Origin: a candidate division WOR-3 bacterium
Lineage (GTDB): Bacteria; Hydrothermota; Tepidihabitantia; Tepidihabitantales; Tepidihabitantaceae
Direction: 5' to 3'
DNA length: 36,294 nucleotides
NCBI GenBank assembly: GCA_965648905.1
Contig: CBFGIT010000024.1
Span: 1 to 36,294 of the forward strand
The notes under the pieces were generated by a model, which saw only the letters and a program-made list of their open reading frames with translations, was not told the origin of the DNA and made no database searches. Shown in pieces: positions 17,003-26,334 of this stretch (the stretch's first letter is position 1; each line of letters begins with the position of its first letter). The position numbers and the translations under genes are program-made.

Positions 17003-18733
17003 ATGCGTAAGTCAGTTGTCCTGTGCTTGGCCTTGGCCGTCGGACTCGCCCTGGCCGGCACTGAGCGGTGGATCGGGCCCAGTCCCGCAGTCCACTACGC
17101 CATTCCGAATCCTGAGCCCGGCATCTTCCCTTACAGCCCGGGTCTGTTCATGCCCGCGCTCGATACGCTCCGTTACGATGACAACATGCCGGCCAGCGCT
17201 TGGGCGATGCGTGCCCGGGGCGGTGGCTGGGGCGTCAAGTTCATCAGCCCGGGCGACAATGTCACCCTTGCCGGTGCGCTGATTCACTTCTATTCGGGCT
17301 GGCCTGTGCCCGGCGGAACGCGTGCCCTGGTCAAGGTCTATGCCGACGATGGGCCTAATGGTTCGCCCGGCACCGAGTTGTTCGCCTCGGACACAGTCAC
17401 GGGCATCGTTCGCGGCCAGTGGAACTACATTCCCATCAACACCTCCATCGTCGGGAGCAACTTCTACGTCTTCTACTGCCACGCCGATACCTACCCGAAT
17501 TGCCCGGGCCTTTCGATCGACGCGTTCAACAATGCACCCTACCACCGCAAGTGGCAGACCATGGGCCCGGGCCAGTTCAGTGAAGACAATACTCGTGGCG
17601 ACTGGCTGATTCGTGCCGTTCTCGACTGGACGCCGCAGGACGTCAACGCCTCCGCGCTCTGGTTTGCAACGAACATGCCCAAGGACACTCTGCCCAACAT
17701 CAACTTCCAGATCCGGGCGATGATCAAGAACCTGGGCAACAATGCTCTGCCTGCCGGCACACCGGTTCGCCTCTTGATAACCGGCCCTCAGGCCTACGTC
17801 TACGAGGGCACGATGAACACGAGCTCGGCCCTGAACCGGGGCCAGACCCAGCAGATGAACTTTTCTCCGGCCTGGCGTATCCCTACAACCTCGGGTGACT
17901 ATCTCATCAAGGTGTGGACCGAGGCTGCCGGCGAGCAGTGGCCGGCGAACGACACCATCGCCTACAACCTGAGTGTGGCGCGCTGGCTCCAGTACTTCAA
18001 TGAAGCCGGCCTCGCTTATCTCACCTGGGCTGGACCGCAACGGGCAGTCAAGTTCAACCCACAGCAGTTCGGGGTGCCGTACCCGGTTGGCCTGGGCAGG
18101 GCGCGGGCGCAGTTCTACTGGCACCAGCAGTACCCCTGGCCCGACTCCAGCTTCAAGTTCTGCGTCTATGACGAAGATGGCTCGACTTTGCTCTACGAAA
18201 GTGAGGAGGTTGAAGCAATCCCCGGGCAGCCCGGCGCGTTCAAGGCCGTGGATTTCGACTCCGTGCTCATCTTCCAGTCCGGCGAGTTCTACGTCTCGGT
18301 AGCGCCGACCAGTCCGACCGGGCACCCATCAAGCTGCGGCAGCGACTCGGCAGTTGGCCGCAGCTTCTACGGTATGCCGGGCGGGTGGCAGCCCTGGGCA
18401 AACGGTGAGCTGTTCATATCAGCTTCGGTCCAGGGCGGAGTCGGACTTGAGGAGGGTTATGACCCGCTGATTCGGCGTCCGAGCCTTACCGTCGGCAGCT
18501 ACCCGAACCCGAGCGAAGGTCAGGTGATTGTCAGGTGGCAGGTCCCGAACCGCCAGACTGTGGACATCAACCTCTACGATGCCACTGGTCGGCTGGTGCG
18601 CAACCTGTTCACAGCCGACAATGCGCGCGTCGGCACTCTCACGTTTGACACCAGAGCGCTGGCTTCAGGCATCTACCTCCTCAGTCTTGAAGCCAAAGAC
18701 GGTACTGCTACCCGCAAGCTCGTCGTGCGGTAG
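17003..18733 (+). CDS. secreted protein with CARDB-like Ig domain and T9SS type A sorting domain
   Basis: TAAGGAGG SD; signal peptide; IKNLG...PANDT CARDB-like segment; CTD YPNPS...LYDATGRLVR...LASGIYL...TRKLVVR. Confidence 0.85.
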   Translation: MRKSVVLCLALAVGLALAGTERWIGPSPAVHYAIPNPEPGIFPYSPGLFMPALDTLRYDDNMPASAWAMRARGGGWGVKFISPGDNVTLAGALIHFYSGWPVPGGTRALVKVYADDGPNGSPGTELFASDTVTGIVRGQWNYIPINTSIVGSNFYVFYCHADTYPNCPGLSIDAFNNAPYHRKWQTMGPGQFSEDNTRGDWLIRAVLDWTPQDVNASALWFATNMPKDTLPNINFQIRAMIKNLGNNALPAGTPVRLLITGPQAYVYEGTMNTSSALNRGQTQQMNFSPAWRIPTTSGDYLIKVWTEAAGEQWPANDTIAYNLSVARWLQYFNEAGLAYLTWAGPQRAVKFNPQQFGVPYPVGLGRARAQFYWHQQYPWPDSSFKFCVYDEDGSTLLYESEEVEAIPGQPGAFKAVDFDSVLIFQSGEFYVSVAPTSPTGHPSSCGSDSAVGRSFYGMPGGWQPWANGELFISASVQGGVGLEEGYDPLIRRPSLTVGSYPNPSEGQVIVRWQVPNRQTVDINLYDATGRLVRNLFTADNARVGTLTFDTRALASGIYLLSLEAKDGTATRKLVVR

Positions 18734-18757
18734 CCGCGACGCAATCCGGATTCTTTC

Positions 18758-18787
18758 GGGGCGGAGACATCTCCGCCCCATTTCTTC
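18758..18787 (+). terminator. intrinsic terminator
   Basis: GGGGCGGAG-ACAT-CTCCGCCCC perfect 9-bp stem followed by ATTTCTT. Confidence 0.75.
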
Positions 18788-18800
18788 TGGTCTGACCGAC

Positions 18801-18828
18801 TTGACCGCGGGCCCGGTTTCCGGATACT
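18801..18828 (+). promoter_or_regulatory. promoter (leaderless geometry) for the glycosyltransferase gene
   Basis: TTGACC (18801-18806), 16 nt, GATACT (18823-18828), 6 nt, GTG at 18835; no SD. Confidence 0.65.
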
Positions 18829-18834
18829 TCTGAC

Positions 18835-20763
18835 GTGAAATTGGCTGTGAGGCGAAAGCATCCGGCCGGGCCTTGGTTCTTCGTGGTCACCGGTGTTGCC
18901 TTTTTACTCAGGCTGCTCTACTTGTTGCAGGCTCGGGCCAACGACCCGCTGTTCTTTTCTCCCCAGATGGATGCCTTGTACCATCATCAATGGGCTCTTG
19001 CGGTGGCGGCCGGCCGCGAGTTCATCGCGGACGCGTTCTTCCGAGCGCCGCTCTATCCCTGGTTCCTAGGTCTGGTGTACAAGCTGTTCGGTCCGAACCT
19101 GTTTTCGGCGCGTGCTGTTCAAGCCGCGGTCGGTAGTCTGTCCTGTGGCCTGACATACCTCTTGGCCCGGCGCCTTCTTGGTCGCGCAGGCAGTACTCAG
19201 TCGGTCACGTCCGAAGTTGTCGCCCGAGCCTCAGGCTTTGGCCTTGCCGCATATCCACTCGCGATCTACTTCGACGGAGAGTTGCTCATTGCCGGCCTGC
19301 TGGTTTTCCTCGTGGTCGCCGGGCTGCTGTTGTTCGTGCGCAGCCGAGACCTAGACCGTCAGTGGTATCTGCCCGGTGTCGTCTTCGGCCTTGCGGCGCT
19401 GGCCCGGCCCAATGTGCTTGCCTTTCTCGCCGTCCTGCCCGTCTGGATGTTGACTGAATACGGTCGCAAGGCATGGTCCCGCCTGGCCTGGGTCTGGCTC
19501 GCGGCTGCACTCGTGATTCTGCCGGTCACGGTCCGCAACTATGTGGTCAGCCGCCAGTTTGTGCCGATTGCCTGGCAGGCCGGCACCAACTTCTACATCG
19601 GCAATAACCCGACTTCAGATGGCGTTACCGCGGTCTTGCCCGGTACACGCGCGACCTGGTGGGGCGGGTACAACGACGTCAAGGCATTGGCTGAAAGAGC
19701 GCAGGGCAGGCAGCTCAGAGGCGCCGAGATCGACCGCTACTGGTTGAAGCAGGGACTCAGGTTCTGGCAGGAGCACCCGGGCAAGGCCCTGATGCTGCTC
19801 GCACGGAAATCATTTCTCTGGTTTTCGGGTTTTGAGGTCTCCAACAACCGCGACCTGTACTTCTTCAAGCGTTACACCGTGCTGAGATACGCGCTCCACA
19901 ACCTGCCGGTGCTCAAGTTTCCCTTCGGTCTAGTGCTGCCGCTGGCGCTGACCGGGGTCTGGCTCCTGCGTAGGAGCTGGCGTCGGTTTCTGCCTGTCTA
20001 CCTGTTTGTCGCCGCGTACAGCATCTCGTTCATCCTTTTCTTCGTGGCCGACCGGTTCCGAATGCCGTTGGTTCCCATCGTTCTCATTCTTGCTTCAGCG
20101 GCAGTGTTCCGTCTTGTCCGGCTCCGAGGCAAAGAATTCACTGCACCCGTAGCAATCTTCCTTGCCGCCTTCGTGTTACTGAACCTCAACGTCGCTGGAG
20201 CCGGCCGCCATGCGCCCGAGGCCCAGAGTCACTTCGCGGCCGCGGTTGGCCTGCACCAGCAGAACAGGCTTATGCCGGCCCTGTCGGAACTGGCCTGTGC
20301 ACTCGAAAGCGACTCGGCCACCAATCACCTTTCCCTTGAAGCAACTATCCACACCGCTCAAGGACGCCTCGATCGGGCTCTGGCTGCGGCTCGGGCCGCA
20401 GTTCGCATCCATCCGGACGAGGCTGATGCCCACAACCTGCTCGGTAGCGTCCTGGCCCAATCCGGTCGGCTCGACTCAGCCCGAGTTTGTTTTGAGCAGG
20501 CGCTGGCTCTTGACCCGTACTCGATTCAGGCGTGGAATAATCTCGGCAACATTGCCCTTGCGCGAAACGAGTTCGTTGCTGCCCGCCATTTCTATGAAGG
20601 GGCGCTACGCATCAACCCAGCGTTTGCGGGGGCTGTCTTCCATCTTGGTCTACTCGACTACTACGAAGGCAACATAGCTCGGGCACATGCCCGCTGGCGC
20701 CAGGTCTTGGAACTCGACCCCTCACACGAGCGCGCGCGGGCCGCGCTCAGCGAACTCCGCTAG
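18835..20763 (+). CDS. GT-C fold membrane glycosyltransferase (PMT_2/ArnT-like, GT39/83) with C-terminal TPR repeats
   Basis: Polytopic membrane N-terminus with MDALYH..WA, FFRAPLYP.FL, RPN, NFYIGNN, RFRMP motifs; C-terminal TPRs (AHNLLG..LA, AWNNLGNI). Confidence 0.85.
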   Translation: MKLAVRRKHPAGPWFFVVTGVAFLLRLLYLLQARANDPLFFSPQMDALYHHQWALAVAAGREFIADAFFRAPLYPWFLGLVYKLFGPNLFSARAVQAAVGSLSCGLTYLLARRLLGRAGSTQSVTSEVVARASGFGLAAYPLAIYFDGELLIAGLLVFLVVAGLLLFVRSRDLDRQWYLPGVVFGLAALARPNVLAFLAVLPVWMLTEYGRKAWSRLAWVWLAAALVILPVTVRNYVVSRQFVPIAWQAGTNFYIGNNPTSDGVTAVLPGTRATWWGGYNDVKALAERAQGRQLRGAEIDRYWLKQGLRFWQEHPGKALMLLARKSFLWFSGFEVSNNRDLYFFKRYTVLRYALHNLPVLKFPFGLVLPLALTGVWLLRRSWRRFLPVYLFVAAYSISFILFFVADRFRMPLVPIVLILASAAVFRLVRLRGKEFTAPVAIFLAAFVLLNLNVAGAGRHAPEAQSHFAAAVGLHQQNRLMPALSELACALESDSATNHLSLEATIHTAQGRLDRALAAARAAVRIHPDEADAHNLLGSVLAQSGRLDSARVCFEQALALDPYSIQAWNNLGNIALARNEFVAARHFYEGALRINPAFAGAVFHLGLLDYYEGNIARAHARWRQVLELDPSHERARAALSELR

Positions 20764-20796
20764 GCCAGGGACCGGCTTCGGAACGCTCGGGCGGTT

Positions 20797-21495
20797 TCAC
20801 GGCACCTTGTTCCTGAGGGCCTGAATTGCCGCCAATCCGGCTTTGACGTCGTCTCCCTTCTCACCTTCCGGCTTTTCCTTGAGTAGATGACGGTAGACCG
20901 CTTCGGCCTTGTCGAGTTGATTGACCTTGCGGTAGCACCGGGCTGCAGCCAGCATCGCATCAAAGGCGAATGGTGACTTGCGGTAGTTTCGATAGACCGC
21001 TTCATAGGCTCGGGCCGCGGCGACATGGTTGCCGAGTTGCTCCTCGCAGTTGGCAATGCCCATCTGCGCGGCAGGTGAGAGCAGAGGGTCTTTCCTGGTT
21101 CGGCCGAGAAACCGACCAAACTCAGCCTTTGCCTCGGCGTAACGCTCGGTGTTGTAGTAGACGTTGGCCAGGTAGAATCGAGCCTTGGCGCCAAGGAAAT
21201 CTCGGCCGAAACGGCCGGCAATGTCCTTGAAGACCTGCTCAGCCTGCTCCATGTTCCCGGAGGAGTAGATCCCCAGCCCCTCAGTGAACCTGATCTCGGC
21301 CTGAACATTGACGCCCTTGCCGGTGTTCTGCACAAGGAGGATGATGCCGATGATAACCGCAACCGCAACTCCGAGACCAATCAGGAATTTCTGCCGGTCG
21401 CGGTAGTACGCGGCAGCCGTCTTCTCGACCAGGGTCTGAAACCCATCCTGCTTCAAATCTTGTTTGCTTACCCGGTGTTTGCCTCTGAAACGCAT
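20797..21495 (-). CDS. membrane-anchored tetratricopeptide repeat protein (YfgM/CpoB-like)
   Basis: N-terminal K.DLKQD, single TM helix, TPR units (ARFYLAN, AQMGIANC, AMLAAARCY); AAGGA SD just after the tRNA. Confidence 0.85.
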   Translation of the reverse strand: MRFRGKHRVSKQDLKQDGFQTLVEKTAAAYYRDRQKFLIGLGVAVAVIIGIILLVQNTGKGVNVQAEIRFTEGLGIYSSGNMEQAEQVFKDIAGRFGRDFLGAKARFYLANVYYNTERYAEAKAEFGRFLGRTRKDPLLSPAAQMGIANCEEQLGNHVAAARAYEAVYRNYRKSPFAFDAMLAAARCYRKVNQLDKAEAVYRHLLKEKPEGEKGDDVKAGLAAIQALRNKVP

Positions 21496-21510
21496 GTTGT
21501 CCTTTGTTGC

Positions 21511-21584
21511 TACCCCTGGGGCGATTCGAACGCCCGACCTGCGGTTTAGGAAACCGCCGCTCTATCCACCTGAGCTACAGGGGT
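21511..21584 (-). tRNA. tRNA-Arg(CCT)
   Basis: ACCCCTGTAGCTCAGGTGGATAGAGCGGCGGTTTCCTAAACCGCAGGTCGGGCGTTCGAATCGCCCCAGGGGTA: 7-bp acceptor stem, D arm, anticodon CCT, TTCGAAT loop; CCA not encoded. Confidence 0.96.
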
Positions 21585-21593
21585 GGAAGCGAA

Positions 21594-21621
21594 ATTATAC
21601 GACGAATCCTGCCGAAGTCAA
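21594..21621 (-). promoter_or_regulatory. promoter for the tRNA-Arg and TPR gene
   Basis: Minus strand TTGACT (21621-21616), 16 nt, TATAAT (21599-21594). Confidence 0.8.
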
Positions 21622-21638
21622 AACCAGAATGGATGCCT

Positions 21639-24600
21639 CTAGCGGGCAACCTGTATCTTCCGGACAAGTCGTGCATCCGGCGTGGCTAGCCGGCAGAAGT
21701 AGACTCCGGGCGGCAACTGGTGCACGGCCAGCGACTGATTCCACCAACCGCGAGTTTGGCCAGCACGGACTATCGTCATCACCCGGCGGCCGGTCGGGTC
21801 GAACAGTGCCAGGTCAACCGGCATGGCCCGGGCCAGCCCGTATTGGACTGTGGCGCAACCTGTGGTCGGGTTGGGCCAGAGCGGCATGAGCACAGTGCCG
21901 ACGGGCAGCGGCTCGGGCGCTGCGGTGACGGATTGGACGCCGGCAAGTCCGAAAGAGAAGTAGCTCGCACTCGCGTAGCCGTCGGCCTCAAGGATCAGAG
22001 TCATCTCGATGATTGAATCAGCCGGCGATGAGGTGACCGCGTAGATGAACGGGTCTGCCTGATTGCCAGCTTGAGCGCCGACCGGCAGGTCAGGTAGGGC
22101 TGAAGACGAGTCGAGCAAGACTCCCTCACCGTCGTCAACGCGGACACGGGCGGAGACGCTTGACGCGGTGGCGCTGCCCGAGTTCCGCACGAGCACCGAG
22201 ACGGTCAGGGTCTCGCCCGGTTCGGCAAAGCCGTTGTTGTTGCCGTACAGCGAGTCGCTAATCCGAAAAGACACCAGGACAAGCCACGGCCGCGAATTGC
22301 TGCATGGTGGCCAGGTCGTGAATCGCAGAGCCCGCCCGCTCTGGACGTAAGCCGCGGTCGGCGCATGGACATTGTTGTAGAGGTACTGTATGCCGCGCGT
22401 CTCAGTGTTGTCTTCGATACCGACCGTGCAGCCGGAGTTGAGCGAGACGCGGTTGTACTGAAAGATGATGTCGCCGTCGCCGGTCGGCGTCGGATGAAAC
22501 GCCGGGTCGTAGAGGATGGCCTGGAACGTCTCGCGGATGCTGCCCTGATTGATGTGTGCGAACTCCTTGAACTCGACAATCCAGCGGTGATTCGCGGTGT
22601 CGTGGTACTGATAAGCGGTCCCGTACCCTCCTCGGCTCTCGTCCGGGTCCAAGTCGTCCCAGAACGGCGCAATCATCGAGGCGGGCCCCGCGGTATCCGG
22701 AATCGGTCGGTTATAGCCGGTGCGCGAGGTCGTATACCCCTGGCACAGCCAGCCGTTTGAGCAGACCGAAATGAGATTGTCAGAATTGCCATAGTAACGG
22801 AACAGGAACGGCGCGGCCAGCGTCCTTGTTGCCGCGTCCGAGTCTGATACTGCCGGAATCACTTCACCCGGCCCGGGTGGAGCGAGCTCGAGCCAGTCGT
22901 AGACCGGTGCCCGGCCGGACTCGACGTCGGTATCATCATAGCACCAGTAGCCGTAGGCGTCAGGCCCGGTCGGCTCGCCGACCGACCCTTGCTCGCCCGG
23001 AACTTCAAGACTGAACGTGTCGGCATAGTGGTACGTGCCGCCGTCGCCGCTGAGCCGCACGCGAAATTGCACCGGCTGGTTCCGTGCCAGCCCGGGCCCG
23101 GCGGTCACGCCGAACCGGTCAGTTCTGCCCGCAAGCGTCTCGCCGGCTCGCGCCGGGCCATAGAACCCGAGCGAATCGGTGATAACGACGTTCGAGTCCA
23201 GACAGGCCAGAACACCAATCACTCCACTCAGGTTTCCGCGACCCGAGTTGGCGATGCGCAGCTCAAGCCTGCCGCTCTCACCTGCACCCAGGCGGCCGTT
23301 GCCGTTTCCGAATGGGGGGGAATCAAGTAACTGCACTGACACGATGCCAAGCCGACCGGCCCGCACGACGATGTCAATCGGGCAGGCCCACGAATCACCC
23401 TCGCTGTCGTGCATCTTGAGTACAGCCGATACTACCTGCCCCTCGACCGTGCTCGAATCGACTGCCAGGTCAAACGGCTCGCCGACAACCGTGCTCTCGG
23501 GCATGACAACGCCGAAGTACGCCGTGCTATCGTAGACCGTCACCACTGGATCGGCAATGCGCAGCAGAGCGGTAACACCGGTCGCAGTCGCGCCGCCCAG
23601 GTTGCGCAGCGACACAGTCATGCGGAATCTCTCGCCGGGATTCACGACCCGGTCATGATTGCCGACAAAGTCGTCTATCACAGTCCCCGCGACCACAAGA
23701 TACGGCGCGTTGCTTACCATGACTCTGCCGGTGCCCTCGAACGGCAGCAGGTTCGACCCGGTCACGGTCACGCTCATCGTGCCGACATGAGTGGGGTTGA
23801 TTGGCAAGCCAACCTGACCCGAACCCGAGGTTGTGCCCACGGCATAGACAACGCTGTCCATCCAGACGCAGACCTGCGCACCGGGCACAGGCCCACCCTG
23901 CGCGGTCACCGTGACGGTGAAAGTCTGCGGAGCCATCGGGACGACCGAGTCATACTGCACCACCAGTTTCTGGGGCATGCCGGTCCAGACTCCCATATCC
24001 GGGTCTCCAAGCAGGTTCCATTCCTCGTACCGTGCCTGCACGTGATACAACGAGTCAACCCGGAACCTTCCGCGCAGCGTTGCCGGCCCGAGACGATACT
24101 CCTTCTCGTCGTAGAGCGCATTGAAGAAACCCCGATAGACCGCGCTGCGGTAGTGCGCCCCGCTCGATATCGAACCGGTCGTACCGAAATATGCTACTGC
24201 CCCACCCAGCAGCAGCGGGCTGCCGGCCCGGACAAACTGGTCTCCGTACATCGACTCGCCCGGCGACATCGTGATAGTCGCACAAGTTCCACCGACGACG
24301 ACCGGCAGTTCACCGCCGTTGTTCCAGCCGTTCGGGGCGACGGCATTGAACGGCGACCACCAGGTCCCAACGCCCTGGCCCCGATAGGTGATGAACGCGC
24401 GGCCATCAGCCGCGGCCGCATTCACGTTACTGCTGTTGTGACCGCGGTTCATGCTGAAGCTGTCGATCATCTGGTATCCCCGTCCCTGCCAGAACCGATG
24501 GGCGAACCGCGAATCGCCCCAGTAGAAAGTATCGTTCGCATCCTCGCGGACACAGGTCGTCGCCCTCAGGAACCACGTCGTGTCACCGATGAATGACGGC

Positions 24601-25025
24601 CGTTCGTACGCCAGTATCTTGTTCACCATCGTGCTGCACTCGCGGGCCGTGGTCGCCGGCAGGCGGCCGACCGAAATCTCCATCTTGAAGTCGCCCGTCA
24701 TGTTGCCGTAGTAGCAGTCATGGGTGTTGGCGTAGGCCGGAATCTGACTCGGCTGACCGACGAGCAGCACGAACTCCGGCCGAACCGGCCAGGTGTTATA
24801 CGCGTTTCTGATGTAGGTTTGAATCGCAGTGGAGTTAGCGCCAATCTCCGAGACGGGCACGACCTTGGCCAGCGTCCCCTTCCTGGTCTTCCAGTTGGCC
24901 AGCGGCTGAACCACACCGACGTAGCTGTCATAGGCGATAATCAAGTACTTTGCCCCCGGTTCCGCCAGAGCGACCGACGCTGCCAACACCAGCAGCGCAA
25001 GGAACGCGGATTTTGCCTTCATCAT
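21639..25025 (-). CDS. C25 (gingipain)-family protein with Ig/CARDB-like and nidogen-like domains and T9SS-type CTD; non-canonical active site
   Basis: KYLII, WK..KG, FVLLVG, ISVGRLPA, KILAYE, YRGQG, GTC, GAVAYFG, WNLLGDP; C-terminal PNP...FDPTGR...PGVYF. Confidence 0.88.
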   Translation of the reverse strand: MMKAKSAFLALLVLAASVALAEPGAKYLIIAYDSYVGVVQPLANWKTRKGTLAKVVPVSEIGANSTAIQTYIRNAYNTWPVRPEFVLLVGQPSQIPAYANTHDCYYGNMTGDFKMEISVGRLPATTARECSTMVNKILAYERPSFIGDTTWFLRATTCVREDANDTFYWGDSRFAHRFWQGRGYQMIDSFSMNRGHNSSNVNAAAADGRAFITYRGQGVGTWWSPFNAVAPNGWNNGGELPVVVGGTCATITMSPGESMYGDQFVRAGSPLLLGGAVAYFGTTGSISSGAHYRSAVYRGFFNALYDEKEYRLGPATLRGRFRVDSLYHVQARYEEWNLLGDPDMGVWTGMPQKLVVQYDSVVPMAPQTFTVTVTAQGGPVPGAQVCVWMDSVVYAVGTTSGSGQVGLPINPTHVGTMSVTVTGSNLLPFEGTGRVMVSNAPYLVVAGTVIDDFVGNHDRVVNPGERFRMTVSLRNLGGATATGVTALLRIADPVVTVYDSTAYFGVVMPESTVVGEPFDLAVDSSTVEGQVVSAVLKMHDSEGDSWACPIDIVVRAGRLGIVSVQLLDSPPFGNGNGRLGAGESGRLELRIANSGRGNLSGVIGVLACLDSNVVITDSLGFYGPARAGETLAGRTDRFGVTAGPGLARNQPVQFRVRLSGDGGTYHYADTFSLEVPGEQGSVGEPTGPDAYGYWCYDDTDVESGRAPVYDWLELAPPGPGEVIPAVSDSDAATRTLAAPFLFRYYGNSDNLISVCSNGWLCQGYTTSRTGYNRPIPDTAGPASMIAPFWDDLDPDESRGGYGTAYQYHDTANHRWIVEFKEFAHINQGSIRETFQAILYDPAFHPTPTGDGDIIFQYNRVSLNSGCTVGIEDNTETRGIQYLYNNVHAPTAAYVQSGRALRFTTWPPCSNSRPWLVLVSFRISDSLYGNNNGFAEPGETLTVSVLVRNSGSATASSVSARVRVDDGEGVLLDSSSALPDLPVGAQAGNQADPFIYAVTSSPADSIIEMTLILEADGYASASYFSFGLAGVQSVTAAPEPLPVGTVLMPLWPNPTTGCATVQYGLARAMPVDLALFDPTGRRVMTIVRAGQTRGWWNQSLAVHQLPPGVYFCRLATPDARLVRKIQVAR

Positions 25026-25032
25026 TCACCTT

Positions 25033-26325
25033 CTATTCACCAAGAAGCACGAACATCGCACTCACGCCCCCCGGCTCAACCCGGCAAAGATACACGCCGC
25101 TCGGCACCGCCTGAAGGTCCAGCCGCTTCGACGACGCTCTGCTATCGAAAGGCCACTGCAGGACCAGACGGCCGCAGGCGTCAAAGATGCCAATCGTCTG
25201 TTGCCTGTTGTCTGCTGGCGGTTGGCTGCTTACCACGGCAAAGCCGCGGCATGGGTTGGGTGTTATCCTGATTGTCTTATGCTTACTGACTGGTCGTTGC
25301 CTGTCCTTCGGTTCCTCAACTCCGCCGAAACAGCGTATCCACTCCTCACCTCCGTCGGTCGTGAACAGGACGACGGAATTGCCCGCAATCATCCCGCGCA
25401 GGGAATCAGCAAAGTCAATGTCAAACAGCGTTGTGTCGCTGACTGCCTGCTGATAATGCCAGTTCGCACCGCCGTCAGTTGTTCTGATGATAGTGCCATT
25501 CCGGCCGCAGGCCCAGCCACGGTTTCGGTCCACGAAGTCTACCGCGCGCAGAAACTTCGCCTGCGTTGGCACGTTCTGTCTTGCCCAGTCATCTCCGCCA
25601 TTGGTCGTGTGATAGACCACCGCAGCCATGGTTGAGTCTTCTCCGCCGACAACCCAGCCGTGCTGGGCATCACTGAAGTGAACGTCGTAGAAGTCGTACA
25701 CCGTGTCCTTGTGCTGCAGTTCGTGGATGAACGTGTCACCACTGGCTGTGACCTTGGCGATGTAGCCTTGGCCGCGTCGGAACAGAGTCGGATTGCCCAG
25801 GGTATCGAGTTCCGGATACCGGCCGGCCGCAAGCCAGCCGGTAGTTCTGTCAACGAACGAAAGCCCCTGGAAATCGACTGTCTCCGGCACAAACGGAGGG
25901 TTCGGAAAATAGTCCAGCCGCCAGGTCGAACCGCCGTCATCGGTGACGAGCAACATCGCGGTGCCGCCGGACGACCAGCCGTAAGTCGTGTCCAGGAACT
26001 GGATGCGACTTGAGAACTTCGGGCCGCCCAGATTCTGACGAAACCAGCTCGCGCCGCCGTCAGTAGTGGCATGAATCGCGCCGACGTCACCGCAGGTCCA
26101 GCCGCGCTGCTCGTTTAGGAAGAAGAGACCGAACAGCCGACGCATCGTCGGGATGTCCTGAGGTTCCCATGACTCGCCAAAGTCAGGCGTGTGATAGATA
26201 GCAACCGACTCGTTATCAATCACCCAGGCATCGAGCCCATTCGGCGCGACCGCGACGCCGTGATAGACCTGTCCAGTGACCGGAACAACAATCAGAACCA
26301 AGAGGAAGAGAATTGACTGCTTCAA
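25033..26325 (-). CDS. secreted YCF48/BNR-repeat beta-propeller protein with T9SS-type CTD
   Basis: TTG start 5 nt after TAAGGAG; signal peptide; T.DGG..W repeats; CTD ITPNP...FDACGRLV...PSGVY. Confidence 0.85.
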   Translation of the reverse strand: MKQSILFLLVLIVVPVTGQVYHGVAVAPNGLDAWVIDNESVAIYHTPDFGESWEPQDIPTMRRLFGLFFLNEQRGWTCGDVGAIHATTDGGASWFRQNLGGPKFSSRIQFLDTTYGWSSGGTAMLLVTDDGGSTWRLDYFPNPPFVPETVDFQGLSFVDRTTGWLAAGRYPELDTLGNPTLFRRGQGYIAKVTASGDTFIHELQHKDTVYDFYDVHFSDAQHGWVVGGEDSTMAAVVYHTTNGGDDWARQNVPTQAKFLRAVDFVDRNRGWACGRNGTIIRTTDGGANWHYQQAVSDTTLFDIDFADSLRGMIAGNSVVLFTTDGGEEWIRCFGGVEEPKDRQRPVSKHKTIRITPNPCRGFAVVSSQPPADNRQQTIGIFDACGRLVLQWPFDSRASSKRLDLQAVPSGVYLCRVEPGGVSAMFVLLGE

Positions 26326-26334
26326 GCGCACTCC

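Noticed and set aside
17012..18325. 437 aa minus-strand ORF (and similar long antisense ORFs at 23409-24596, 34418-35464, 438-1172)
   Set aside because: Antisense shadows of well-supported genes, expected in GC-rich DNA; no recognisable motifs
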